DNA of 63,086 nucleotides, filler included, from Octopus bimaculoides (GCF_001194135.2; 5 parts of 5 records of this genome joined end to end with filler, not necessarily neighbours in it), one strand, 5' to 3'; shown: positions 1 through 12,844, counted from the first letter of the whole stretch. Made by a program: numbers and translations. The notes: generated by a model not told the origin, from the letters alone.

Positions 1-62
<62 letters not shown>

Positions 63-1870
63 AAAGATAGACAGGTATACATTTATTTTTTGTTATATAT
101 GTTATATGTGTGTATGTGTGTGTATATGTGTGTGTGTGTCTGTGTGTCTGTGTGTGTCTGTGTGTCTGTGTGTTTCTGTAGGTTGCTTGAAGCATTTTAG
201 CAATGAGGTAAAATGAGTGATGAGGAAAAGCTTCTTGCAGTGCGGTAAAACGAATAAATTTAAAACATATTTGGGGCAGAAAGGCCCGTTAAGGGATGTA
301 AACACACAAAACATATCGGTCGATGTCAGTGTGGGGCAGATATTTGAATTAGAAGAACTAATATTTGCAGGGAAAGAGCTCTACTGTCAGTATTCCTGCT
401 TAGCTGCGATGAACATTTAGAACCGTATCGGTTGTGCCTCAAGAGGTGCTACCAGTGGTCGTAGAGGTGATAGTACCATGTAGATAACCACTGGTTAGAG
501 GCAGTCATGGTACAAATAGTTATTCTTACTGAAGCTTCATAAGCTGTATAAGCCAACAGCCAAGTACTGACCAATTATCAATCTTCGAGTTATGTCGGTG
601 GATAGTCAAGGATTCTTTGATTAGAAGATTTCCCAAATTTCTTTGTGACCAGTGAGGAAGCGTTTAGGTCAATGATGGTGGTTCTACATTTCAAGATATA
701 TCTGTTAAAAAGATGCCAGTGTCTACTGATGTTCCGTCAGTCGAATGTTCATCAATAATAGTTATAAATATTTTTTTGATTCTTATGTCAATCGTTGAAG
801 TACAAGTGTCTACTTTCTTCAGATTCATTTATTTTATAAATGATAGAGCTACATCTGAAAATTTATATTGCACAAATATTTATTACTTTGAAATAGCAAA
901 TATATATTATATCGCAATAGCAAAGCGTCTCCAAAGTCTAGACAGATTGAAACAGCATTATTAACCCGAAAATATGTTCCTATCTAATTCAGCGTTTCCG
1001 TATTAAAAAAATATTTCATCACTCTTTATTATGAATTTAGATGACTAAATCAGAATGACTAATCAGACTAATTGATACGTGTATAACACTACATGAATTT
1101 TATATCCATTCCACGAAGCTAATTAACGTATATCATTAATTAGTATAAGTAGATTCATTCCGACCTTATGCTCAGTTTTCATTCAGAAGGACCATTGAGA
1201 CTGATTAGTTCACTTGCACATTTTATGTTGATAAGTCAAAATCGATCCACATTATTTCCTTTTCCTATACATATATATCCATTTTACATATTATTTTAGT
1301 CTCCTTCAACTAATATGCAAACATATTCGTTTTAGAAATGGCGAATTATTTCATCTCATATGTGCATCATGTAATATCATTTTACCTCGAAAAATACCTA
1401 AAACATGGAAAACAACCTATATTGCACTTACCTTCAAATAAGAATGCAATTTCAATTTTGGGGCAGGATAGCATAAACAACGATTTGGAAGCATTTTCTG
1501 CACTCATATAAACGATGAAGTACATTACTTTCAACCAATATAGCATATTAATAGACCTGCAAGATCCAATAGATGATATTATCACATCAAGGAAAGGCTG
1601 CCAACGTATTACTATAAAACAGCTAGCACGGCAAATTAGTTTCGTTTAAAGACGTAACATCTTGCGGATGTATATTTTAGCGGATACGAACTGTGTATTG
1701 GTTATGCCAATATTACAACGCCGGTAGCAGTACATTAAACACCTATATTTTGATTAATTTGTTGGCAATTTTTTTCAGCTCGAAAAGCCGCAGTTCTACA
1801 TTCGCGTAATGTACTATGTAATGATCTTATTAGACATAAAACTCCAATTCCTATGCAGCTAAACTGTTGT

Positions 1871-2021
1871 AATTTACGATAGCAGGCAGACTTTCAAGTT
1901 TCAAAATTTTTTGTTGATAGTAAATAAGTCTCTTTTGCTTTTTGTACTTGGGTTTCGTTAAATTATATGGGTGATTTTACGTTGAAGGTTTCCAGAAGAG
2001 TTTTGACAAACCGTTTCTACC
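1871..2021 (+). repeat. ~150-bp direct repeat, copy 1 (copy 2 at 2633-2783)
   Basis: AATTTACGATAGCA...TTTCCAGAAGAGTT.TGACAAACC.TTTCTACC, roughly 80% identical by eye. Confidence 0.85.
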
Positions 2022-2195
2022 GCTTTATTTAAGGAAAAGGAGCAATCTATTACAAATGAAAAATAGTGGTAGTAATTTGTAATCATTTGTCGTCTGCTTT
2101 GACTTTCACTGTAATGGTAACTTCACGGAATTAAACGTACTTTTCTATGTAGTGAAAGCTTGAGAATCTTATCGTTTTAATCATAGTGTATGTCT

Positions 2196-2625
2196 ATTAT
2201 TTACATTATTTACATTTGGCGGATATTTGTCCTCATCTTGTTTGCTCTTAACACGTTTCGGCTGATATAATCTCCAGCCTTCATCAGGTGTCTTGGGGAA
2301 ATTTTGAACCTGGGTTCGCATTCCTAAGGTATTTTTCGATAGTGTTGTTGTTATTATTATTATTATTACTATTATTATTATTCAGTAGTTTTATTTTNNN
2401 NNNNNNNNNNNNNNNNNNNNNNNNNNNNNNNNNNNNNNNNNNNNNNNNNNNNNNNNNNNNNNNNNNNNNNNNNNNNNNNNNNNNNNNNNNNNNNNNNTTA
2501 TTATTATTATTATTATTATTATTATTGTTATTATTATTATTATCATAATACCGGTCATTTCCTGAAATCGAACTCGGAATATTGGGGTTATTAGCCCGAG
2601 CTGTTAACCACTCCGCCACATGCCC
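2196..2625 (-). mobile_element. SINE family D (tRNA-like head, (AAT)n middle, hammerhead-like tail), minus copy, gap inside
   Basis: Head GGGCATGTGGCGGAGTGG...GAGTTCGATTTC (A/B boxes). Tail CTGATGAAGGCTG...CAGCCGAAACGT...GATGAGGACAAATATCC. Homologous to 2787-3079. Confidence 0.8.
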
Positions 2626-2786
2626 TTGATGCAATTTACGATAGCAAGTCGACATTCAAGTTTCAAAAATTTTTGTTGACATTAAATAAATCTCTGTTAC
2701 CTTTTGTACTTGGGTTTCCTTAAATTATATGGAGGATTGTACATTAAATGTTTCCAGAAGAGTTCTGACAAACCATTTCTACCCAT

Positions 2787-2863
2787 GGGCATATGGCGTA
2801 GTGGCTAACAGCGCGGGCTACTAAACCCAAGATTCTGAGTTCGATTCCAGGCAGTGACCTGAC

Positions 2864-2899
<36 letters not shown>

Positions 2900-3079
2900 T
2901 CGAAAAATACCTTAGGAATGAGAACCCAGGTTCGAAATTTCCCCGAGTCACCCGATGAAGGCTGAAAGGTATATCAGCCGAAACGTTTTGTTAACAGCAA
3001 ACAAGATGAGGACAAATATCCGTCAAATGTAAATATTGTAAATAATGTACATAATTCCTCATCTCTTAAATATAGAGCT
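2787..3079 (+). mobile_element. SINE family D, plus copy, gap-free
   Basis: A box TGGCGTAGTGG, B box GAGTTCGATTCC, (AAT)n at 2866-2898, tail with CCGATGAAGGCTG...CAGCCGAAACGT and TGTAAATA repeats. Confidence 0.8.
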
Positions 3080-3257
3080 ATAGTGTATGTCTCCTGTGTT
3101 AAAATGCATTCTTTCAAGACATTAAAATTTTTAAATCTCTGAACAAGAAACATTCAGTAAGGGCGCAGATATTCCGTTGATAGCCAACTGGAGAGGATGT
3201 TTCCTGGGGCTAAATAACTGTAACATTCTTCCTAATGAGGACTGCCACATTATTTAT

Positions 3258-3581
3258 ACTCTTTTACCATTTTACTTGTTTCAGTCATTTGACTGTGACC
3301 ATGCTGGAGCACCGCCTTTAGTCGAGCAAATCGACCCCAGGACTTATTCTTTGTAAGCCTAGTACTTATTCTATCGGTCTCTTTTGCCGAACCGTTAAGT
3401 TACGGGGACGTAAACACACCTGCATCGATTGTCAAGCGATGTTGGAGGGACAGACACAAACACATACACACACATACACACACACACATNNNNNNNNNNN
3501 NNNNNNNNNNNNNNNNNNNNNNNNNNNNNNNNNNNNNNNNNNNNNNNNNNNNNNNNNNNNNNNNNNNNNNNNNNNNNNNNN

Positions 3582-3622
<41 letters not shown>

Positions 3623-3788
3623 TACGACAGGCTTCTTTCAGTTTCCGTCTACCAAATCCACTCCCAAGGCTTTGGTCGGCCCGAGGCTATAGTAGAAAAC
3701 ACTTACTCAAGGTGCCACGCAGTAGGACCGAACCCGGAACCATGTGGTTGGTAAGCAATCTACTTACCACACAGCCACTCCTACGCCT
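3258..3788 (-). mobile_element. SINE family A (tRNA head, central microsatellite, GAAACAAGTAAAAGAG tail)
   Basis: Near-identical to copies at 18671, 37078, 54228 and 60230. Consensus head TGGCTGTGTGG (A box) and GGTTCAGTCCC (B box), CORE-like ACCTTGGGCAAGT. Confidence 0.9.
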
Positions 3789-4313
3789 GGCAAATCATGT
3801 TGGCAAATATTCTTTACCCATTAGGAATTTTTCTTCTCCCAGAGCTTCCCATTATTTTCGAATTAAAGTGGAATTTCCTCATATTGTGAATTCTACATAT
3901 TGAATGTTACTCTAATATTGGTTGCGTATTAATATTTCTGTCTTAGTACGAATAGTACTACTACTGCTCACAACCGACTTTTGTCCCACACGTGGATTCA
4001 CGATAGATAATGTCCGGCTCTCATAATTCCAGTTCAATATATGTCACGGAAAATTCGGTCGAGCTGCAGCATGGTAGGAACAGCGATCAAATGCATTTTG
4101 AAATGCTACTGAGATTAAATTTGCTTTTGAGTGTCTGTGAGAGATAAAAAAATATTTCCAATTTAATACTGGGGATGACAGCACCGATTCCAACTTTTGG
4201 CAATCCGAGGCTAATGTAAAAACAGTAGAAGTAAGATATCTAGGGCAGGAATATCGTTGTGATGGTAGTCATAGTATATAATCTAATACAATTAAATTAT
4301 ACAATAATAAGTT

Positions 4314-4536
4314 TTGAATGGTACAACAATGCACTATAATACAAAAAAATGGACTATATACCTGTTGTAATTTAGTTATCTATAGTCCGATGATATTTCG
4401 GAATACAATTCCTTCTTCAGATATTCTTAGATGGAGTCGCATCTGAAGAAGGAAATATCATCGGACTATTGATAACTAAATTACGACAGGTATATAGTCC
4501 AGTTTTTGTATTATAATGCATTGTTGTACCATTCAA
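4314..4536. repeat. ~220-bp inverted repeat (palindrome), probably an inverted PLE terminal segment
   Basis: Outer arms 4314-4396 / 4455-4536 have about 5 differences. Inner arms TTCCTTCTTCAGAT (4409-22) / ATCTGAAGAAGGAA (4441-54) are perfect. There is a 12-nt bulge and an 18-nt loop. Confidence 0.9.
4383..4428 (-). ncRNA. Hammerhead-like core inside a long palindrome
   Basis: Minus strand reads CUGAAGA-A-GGAAU-UGU-AUUCC-GAA-AUAU-C-AUCGGAC: core intact with an extra A after A9, 5-bp stem II and palindromic AUAU stem III. Stem I is only 2 bp in this copy. Confidence 0.5.
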
Positions 4537-6967
4537 CACTTCTTTATTCTTTACAAACAATCCACAATGCTTCAAGCGAACTACAATACTCTCTGATACG
4601 ATAAAGTAAATGTTTTACAATGAATGATCTATAGCATAATTTTGAGTGTATATATATCTTCTCTATTTGAGATGATTTAATAGTTTTGCTTTATGGGGAG
4701 TGCTTTTTTCATTAAAAGCAATATCCGCAGTCTCTTTTAAGAGCTAACTTCATTTCTGATCTTGAAATGTACTTTTGGGCATTTATCAGAAGTCGAAGGA
4801 GCGCTAATATTTGTAACCTTTCAGCAGTTCATGTTTTTTTTTCCTTTTGTTCTTCAGCCTGTCAAGGGAATATTGTCTTGTAACACACTGTCGTGTACAT
4901 AATAACTTGATTTGGCACGTTTATGGATCGACATTATATATTCCTGTCACTGCTGATGTACAACAACTTATTTCTTTGGAATTTTAGTGTTCATTTGTCT
5001 TACCGAGATATCAAGTGAATTAAACGTAGGAGCAAATGGTTATTGACGGATATTGTTTGATTCATCATGTGCATATGTTTAAATGCAGCTGCAACTAAGA
5101 CAGGGCAGATTATTAATGTAGAAAATATGAATGTGTCGTAGCACAATTTTAATACAAGTCGGACCAGAATTAATATAAATGTAAAAAATTGAGCATATAA
5201 CATTATCACATGCTCCCATGTAGAAGTCTCCTGAAGCGTTTTTAATCCAAAACCCAAACAATGAGCGAAGTTTATATGATGACAATACTTCTGATTATGT
5301 TTCCAGCTAGATATGAACATTTTAGCAATTTAAATATAAAGCATTTTTATACTCTCAAAGTTCTTGAACTTGAGATGACAAACTCTTTGTCACTATTGTG
5401 GAAAATATAATTAACCGATATAGCAAAGGTAGAATTTCGGGAATTGAATATGAGAGGTCGAACACGAATTGAGATTGAAGACACAATGAAAACACACCTG
5501 TCAACAAGTTTTCAATACATCAATTGAAAAGTAAAGAGTGCAGATTAAAAATCACAATATGGCCACGTCATTAACTTGACAAGCAATATATTAGAAATTT
5601 GAACACCTTCTATCGCAAGCAAAGCCAAACCGTAAGAATTCCACTACTCGTCTATCATTCACTCAACAATAAATCGTGATTCCAGATTAAAATCATTGGA
5701 TGATAATTAATTAAGAACATAATATAATATGACCACTGATTCCAATTATCTAATGAAATATCTTAATGGTTGCCTGCTATATCAATTCATATCGTGATTT
5801 AATTATCAGTTGCTAGTTAGTAATTCTGTATATGGAAAAATGAACAAGTAAAGTGTCTCCTGTTAAACTATATTTAAATTATTGAAAGTTAGGAATACTG
5901 AATCGACTGGAACCTATTCTTTAATTACTTACCATAAACAGACCGATGATCAATAAAATTAGTTTAACACTATTAGCAGATTCGTAAAGTATCTCCCTGT
6001 GTTCATCTATATTCATATTTCACATGTTACTGAGACCAAATGTGTTTCTCATCAGTAGGAATCTATAACAACTCTATCGTATCAGCAATGTCTTTAGCTT
6101 CAACTTATTTTAATCTTGATCTAATGCCAGTGAATATTAATTCTTAACCCTCTTCTTAGGGCTCAACTTTAATCTGCGCAGCTATAACTTGCATATGAAT
6201 TTTCCCTAGCTAATCGAGAGTTTCACTTGTAGATGATTTACTGCAAGATTTTGCCACACATCTGTGTCTGAAAACTGAGAAGGATTAGCTACCATACACG
6301 GAACAACATTCGGTTTTAGCAGCTGAATATGACATAAAGAGCAGTTATCGAAAATGCATTTGCGATTTTTAAAATTGTGTTGCCTACATAAATATTTGAA
6401 TAATGTTCCTCATCATAAATGTAAGCATTGTACGGATAATCGATTCCCATAAAATAAATAAAATCAAGGAATTAATGCGTGGCTGCATTTATCATAACCC
6501 ATCACATATGCGCGTTTCATCATGAACCGTAAAATTTGGGCAAATTATCAAAGGCCTTTCGTTATGAGCCATAATAGTTGTGCGTTTACCTCGTTTATTT
6601 ATTTATATGCTCAAGCTAACAGGTTATACGAACTAAATTGTTGTTTTAAATGCTGTTTTAATATATCTGTAATGGCCATTATTTTTACGAGATTTTTAAT
6701 ATTACCTTATTGCTTAAGCATTTTGCGGGTATATAGTCAATTAAATCATCTCAGCGTTTCACTGGTTCATAACTTATTAAGCTCAGAATGATGAAGCCGA
6801 AGTTCGAACCCGGCACCATATGGACGCAAAATACGGAGCACTGTTACTATATTGAGTAAAGTACACCACTACTTGCGCCTCTGTATATTATACAGTGGAA
6901 GTAGCCACAGCAGAAGTAACATCAGCCAGCAGCGTCACCACCAGCAGCAGCAGCAGCAGTGGTAGTG

Positions 6968-7006
<39 letters not shown>

Positions 7007-7039
7007 AACCAGAGAAAAGTCGGTAGCCTTGTCATCAGT

Positions 7040-7520
7040 ATTTCACTGGTTTACCCTCGACTAGATTTTAGTTCAAAATATAAACAAGCGGAATAAATAA
7101 CGGCGACTACACTTGTACTTTTCTTGAAATTGCAGGAGGTATAGAACCACAATCCATTCCTGCGCTTCTTCAGCCACTGTATGCCTGTTCCTCTACCTCG
7201 TAGGTGCCGACATCATAGGAGGCAGATGTTCCTGATTGGTAAGACGTCAAGAGGAGCAATGCAAAATCCTAATAGATGTTGGGTCAGATGTTGGCGCACG
7301 CCAATTTAGTTTGAGGTTTCACAAATAGATTTCTCTCTGACCATTACTGGTGAGAATATATTATCCGTTACCTCTTCCAGACACTTCTACTCTAGGATAT
7401 CTGGCCCCAAACTAAGTCCTGATCAATATTACTTGTCCAGCCGTCCAACACTCAGAATGGCGTTGAAGTGTCATAAATCTACGTCTACATGTTCCCAGTT
7501 GTAGTTACACCGAATTTTGA
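7040..7520 (-). mobile_element. Possible Penelope-like 3' remnant
   Basis: Minus strand REIYL*NLKLN / GVRQHL resembles GIY-YIG C-termini and is followed by CTGAAGAAGC; no complete hammerhead. Confidence 0.3.
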
Positions 7521-8204
7521 TTTTGGTTCGTATTAAATTCAAGTAGGTTAGCATTGACACCGCTTCCAGTCAAGCATGTCCCTTGCGCGTTGTATGAAGA
7601 ATAATTGCAGTTTTCTTTCTTGAAAGTTGATATTGAAATTCAGATTTTCTACGCTGTTTATACAGTACTCATTTCCAAGTCTCTATTTCGATGTATTAAG
7701 TTGTCCTAATTACTACGTTGCGTTCAATCATTCTTTCGTGTCTTTTAGCTCATTAAATACAATATAAAAATATTGGGTTGATGCATAATTATTGTAGATA
7801 TTTTACAAAAGCATGTAACAAAAACATCTTTAAATGATCATTTCGGAGCATATTCACCATCTACTTAAGTTACTGCTTCCCATTTGCTTGGCAGACAATC
7901 AGAGCGTCATTTAGAGATGTTTTTATTAAAATATTGTTATTGTTTTTATTGAATAAAATTTGCTGAAATAAAGCCGCAGTAATTATGCACCGATCCAATA
8001 CAATACAATTTATTATTGATCGTTCAAAATATATATCTCGCGTATAGGCACTCACGGATATATCAAACCATTCAATTACCTTGACAACAACTTCGAAATG
8101 TAAAAAGTGGGAATTCAGTCTCAATGTCTATTCTTCCCTTCAACATCAATCAATTGGTAAAGAACATTCTTCACTATTTTATCATTTTTTTCCAGGGACA
8201 AGTT

Positions 8205-8602
8205 CGGCTGTGTTACAAGAAGTTTGTTTTCCAAGCACAGGGTTTTCGTTTCAATCCTCCTGCATAGCACATGGGAAACTCGCTTTCGCCTACTATATAT
8301 GCTCGGGCAGACCAAACCTTGTGAGTTGACGGAAACTGAAAGAAACTCATCGTACAGATGTGCTTGAGTGTGTGAGAGAGAGAGAAAGAGAGAAAGAGAG
8401 AGTGTGTGTGCACCTGTGTCTATCTGCCACTACCGCTTGACAATCGGTATTGGTATGTTTACGTCCCTGTAACTAGCGGTTCGGCAAAAGTAGCAACTTG
8501 AAAATTAAATAATTACTGGGGGTCAATTCTTTCGGCTGGAGTTATTCTAGGAAGTGCATGGTCGCAGTCTAATGACTGAAACAAATGAAAAGAGTTAAAA
8601 GA
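8205..8602 (+). mobile_element. SINE family A, diverged copy
   Basis: GACGGAAACTGAAAGAA, GTTTACGTCCCTGTAACT and ATGACTGAAACAAA blocks in the family order. Confidence 0.7.
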
Positions 8603-9949
8603 TTTATTTCTGTTTTGGGTCAATGCGAGCAATTCTGAAAGAATAATAATTTTAGATGCCTTAAAATATAAATAGTAAACCCATTATTTGATAACGCGTT
8701 CGATTATGCTAAATATAGACCAGTATTCTAAACAAAACTTATTTATGGCGTCGTTGTATTTATGGTGATATATCTAATACAGAAATTATTTTAATTTTGT
8801 TATTCAGAACTTTGATGAAACAGTAATATTTCTCAAATGCAATTAAAATATAAAATACATAATAGAGATTTAATAAAGACATAAAACTGTAAAGTCGTAC
8901 TTTATCATTTTGGCTGAATCTTTTAATAATCTAATAATACTAGTGAAATTAAATTTGGAGAGGAAATTAACTTTTAAGCATATTCTACAACAATAAGTTG
9001 TTTACGAAGGAGACGTCTGAATATTTCTTCTTAATAAAGAATATTTCCTTAAATTTTATTAATCTATATATTGAGAGCAACATTGTACCGAGGTTTGATT
9101 TTAGTATTTAGTTCAATCTAAATCCAAATCTTACAGGCAACGTTTTTATTTAATTAAGAGAAAACTAAAAGGAAATAACATCAGGCCGTGAAACCATAAT
9201 CCTAATACAACGGATTATTCGTTAAGTGATGCTTTAAACGTAGAGTTTCAAACGTTATTACTTGGTTAAAACTACATACTTTTCCAGAATGCATTTTGCA
9301 GCAACATAAACTTCGTTGCTGTTTATAGTTGCATTTTATTTCTATCTAACAGTCATTGGTTCACTTATTTAAAAATAAATTTCATTTATTCTGTGATATT
9401 TTCTGATACAATATTTTCCTTTTATAATTTCTATACATTATTTTGCATTATATGAAAAATTAAAAGTTTAATTTTGTGTCGTTCTGACAATTGCGATTAT
9501 ACATTGCATCAATGAACTTCATTTAAATCTAAATTAATAGCAAATTTACTTATCTTACTGTGTATGATACCTAATGAAAACATTATTAGCATGTGCAAGA
9601 ATGCTGATATACTCAGCCAGTTAGATTTGATTATAGATTTCATATCGATCAGTATTATATACAAGCTTTTCCAACAATATTTCATTGTGAATCTCAGTTT
9701 CACCTTACTTTCCTACAAATAGATTATGTATCTAAATAAAACAAAAATAAGCAAATAATGCTTACCATGCATTTGCCTATGAGAGACACACAAGATATAA
9801 AGCGTCGTTTCATTATATGCTTACAAAGTTTGACTGCAAATCTTGATGAGGCCAGAATGTTAAAATCTCGATAGTTTAAAATACCCACCAAGTATTAAGG
9901 TCGCCACTAAAATATGTCTGCAGTGCCAATGCAATCAATGAGTATTTTA

Positions 9950-10042
9950 ATAGATATATGTGTGCTTATTTGTATATGTATGTGCATGTTTACGTATGTG
10001 TGTAAGTGTATGTGCGTTTAGAGAGATAAGTGGTTTTAGAAG

Positions 10043-10089
<47 letters not shown>

Positions 10090-10400
10090 GTAGATAGATA
10101 GAATGGAAGACAGAAAGAAAGATAGATGGATAGACAGCTAGACAGACACACAGGCAGGCAGACAAACAGACAGGCACGCTAACAGACAGGTAGACAGGCA
10201 GGCTTACAGACATACAGGCAGGCCTACAGACAGGCAGGCCTACAGACAAGCAGGCCTACAGACAGGCAGGCCTACAGACAGGCAGGCCTACAGACAGGCA
10301 GGCCAACAGACAGGCAGGCAGGCATGCAGATAGATAGATAAATAGATGCATACATACATACATATATACATACATACATACACACGTACATACATACATA
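9950..10400. repeat. Compound microsatellite (GATA/GACA/TACA) with a 16-bp ACAGGCAGGCCTACAG array
   Basis: Seen directly. Confidence 0.9.
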
Positions 10401-10407
10401 CATATAT

Positions 10408-10788
10408 GTTGGCACTCCGTCGCTTACGACGTCGAGGGTTCCAGTTGATCCGAACATCGGAACAGCCTGCTCGTGAAATTTACGTGCAAATGGCTGAGCA
10501 CTCCACAGACACGTGTAACCTTAACGTAGTTCTCGGGAATATTCAGCGTGACACAGTGTGACAAGGCTGACCCTTTGAATTACAAGCACAACAGAAACAG
10601 GAAGTAAGAGTGAGAGAAAGTTGTGGTAGAAGAGTACAGCAGAGTTCGCCACCATCCCCTGCCGGAACCTTGTGGAGCTCTAGGTGTTTTCGCTCAATAA
10701 ACACTCACAGCGTCCAGTCTGAGAATCGAAACCGCGATCGCATGACCGCGAGTCCGCTGCCTTAACCACTGGGTCATTGCGCCTCCAC
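10408..10788 (-). mobile_element. SINE family C (tRNA head, GGAGTGCCAAC tail), full copy
   Basis: Near-identical to 21963-22346 and 55337-55727. Consensus head TGGCCCAGTGG and GGTTTCGATTCCC. Confidence 0.9.
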
Positions 10789-10796
10789 GATATACA

Positions 10797-10830
<34 letters not shown>

Positions 10831-11108
10831 CATACATACATACAGACAGACAGACAGATAGATAGATGGATAGATAGACAGATAGATATTAGGTGATAGA
10901 TTTAATTCATCGCAAAGTTAAACTCCACAACTTACAACATTGAATGCCTTTAGTAGGTGTAGGTTGTAGGACATATTCCTCACTTTTCCGTCCTTGGAAA
11001 GAATCCTGTGCACCGTGTTCCTCTCCAAACATCAAATAAAGATAGTCGTTTCCATTTTTTTTTTTTTGTATAAAGAAATCATTCACTATTCCATATTTTA
11101 AAACAAAC

Positions 11109-12300
11109 TTTTATCAAATATATTTGTCAATATTAAACTTTATAGATATATCAGAAATGTGTGTTATTGTCATAGAAATACATGTATTCATATGTTATAT
11201 ATTTCAAATCAAAACGGAAATCCAGTTGTTAAGACGACCGCATTATAAAGGTGACATAAATTCATATGTTGTTTATAATATTTTCGATAGAGATTTACAT
11301 TTTGCTGGAAAATACGGTTTCGGGCACAACCTGAGAAAGGGATTATTGTGTTAGTTATGATAGTGTCCCATTATCATAGGTCTATTCCTCATTCAGCTTT
11401 TATGAATTGTGCATCATGTAAATGCACACCTCAATACATTTCCGTTTCGTTTACAACAAATTACATGCAGGCCCGGTATGAAATATCATACACGTCTTAT
11501 CGATGCGATGTTATATTGATATATGATACATTTATCCATATGCACTGTTTGAAAGCAATGGAACGCCATAGCTGCAAAACGCATGAACAAATGTGATAGA
11601 CATGAACACCACAGGTTAAACAGCAGCTTATACCCATTCTCACTCATTTATGAATGATTTATCGTATATTGCAGACAGTTCTGGAAAGACATCCTGATCT
11701 GCGTTATCATACTGGAATATCAACAGTTAGGACAACAATTTATAATCCGCCATTGGGGCTACGGTAGACGCGTTATCTTTACCAAAGCTTGAACGAGTTG
11801 TTCATCTGCGGAAACGATGTAATATGAGGTATTATTCTAGATCTCGTATGAATTAGCAAAAACTAAATTATTCATAAAATGGACACGCGCATGAAACCAA
11901 AGATTTTGCTGCATAGAATATAAATTGCAATATATGACAGCACACTATAACAACTTACTGCTTGATGCATAGAACATTTAGACCCATGTTCTCCGTTTTA
12001 ATGCTTAGAACAGATTACTAACCATCGTTTCATACACCAGATTACTATAACCTTTCTTTCATTTGTGATTTCTAAGCATTTTTCATATCAATAAAATCAA
12101 ATTCATACATTCAAATTTAGTGTTAAATATAAGGGCATACAAATATGTTTTTATCAAATATATTTATTAATATTAAACTTTATAGATATATCAGAAATGT
12201 GTGTTATAATCATAGAAATACATCTATTCATATGTTATATATTTCAACTCAAAACGGAAATCCGTTTGTTAAGACGACCACATTATAAAGGTGACATAAA
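11109..12300 (+). repeat. Pair of 152-bp direct repeats (11109-11260, 12149-12300)
   Basis: TTTTATCAAATATATTT...CATTATAAAGGTGACATAAA, over 90% identical, offset 1040 bp, no indels. Confidence 0.9.
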
Positions 12301-12766
12301 AAACTTAGCAAGACTGCCGAAGGTTTACCAGAAGATAGACGGGAGACAAAATCTGTGCAGACAGATAACATTCATATTATCATAATAAAAGAAAACTTAT
12401 TCGATAATATTCACGTCTGCTTTTATATAAAAGAGAAATGGATGCGGAAGTTAGTTATGATAGAATAATCTTTCTCTTTAATCTTCCAGACGTAAATAAT
12501 TTCAAAGGAAAATATTATTTGTCTTTTCCACCGTTGACGGTTTTTTGGCTGGACGTCTTTGCATTCTAGCCTTCAGTCCTCTCTCACTCTTTCTCTCCCT
12601 CTCACTCTTTCTCTCTCTCTCACTCACTCACTCACTCTTCCTCTCGCTCTGTGTCTCTCTCTCGCTTTCTCTCCGTTATATTCTCCATACACATATGCAT
12701 ACATACAAACGTATCTGTATATATATATACACATTTACATGTGTGTGAGTGTCTTCTGATGTAGAA

Positions 12767-12800
<34 letters not shown>

Positions 12801-12844
12801 NNNNNNNNNNNNNNNNNNNNNNNNNNNNNNNNNNNNNNNNNNNN

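Noticed and set aside
2787-2860. tRNA-like sequences at SINE heads (also 21963, 54228 and others)
   Set aside because: A/B boxes are present but the acceptor stems are not closed and they run into SINE bodies, so they are not tRNA genes.
5004-5306. Minus-strand 303-nt open segment between AG and GTAAG, with two hydrophobic stretches
   Set aside because: Weak polypyrimidine tract, composition typical of random AT-rich ORFs and no recognisable family. Several ORFs this long are expected by chance. RNA-seq could revive it.
9766-9776. Minus-strand 11-nt segment between a good acceptor and GTAAGC
   Set aside because: Not frame-preserving, and no supported partner exons.
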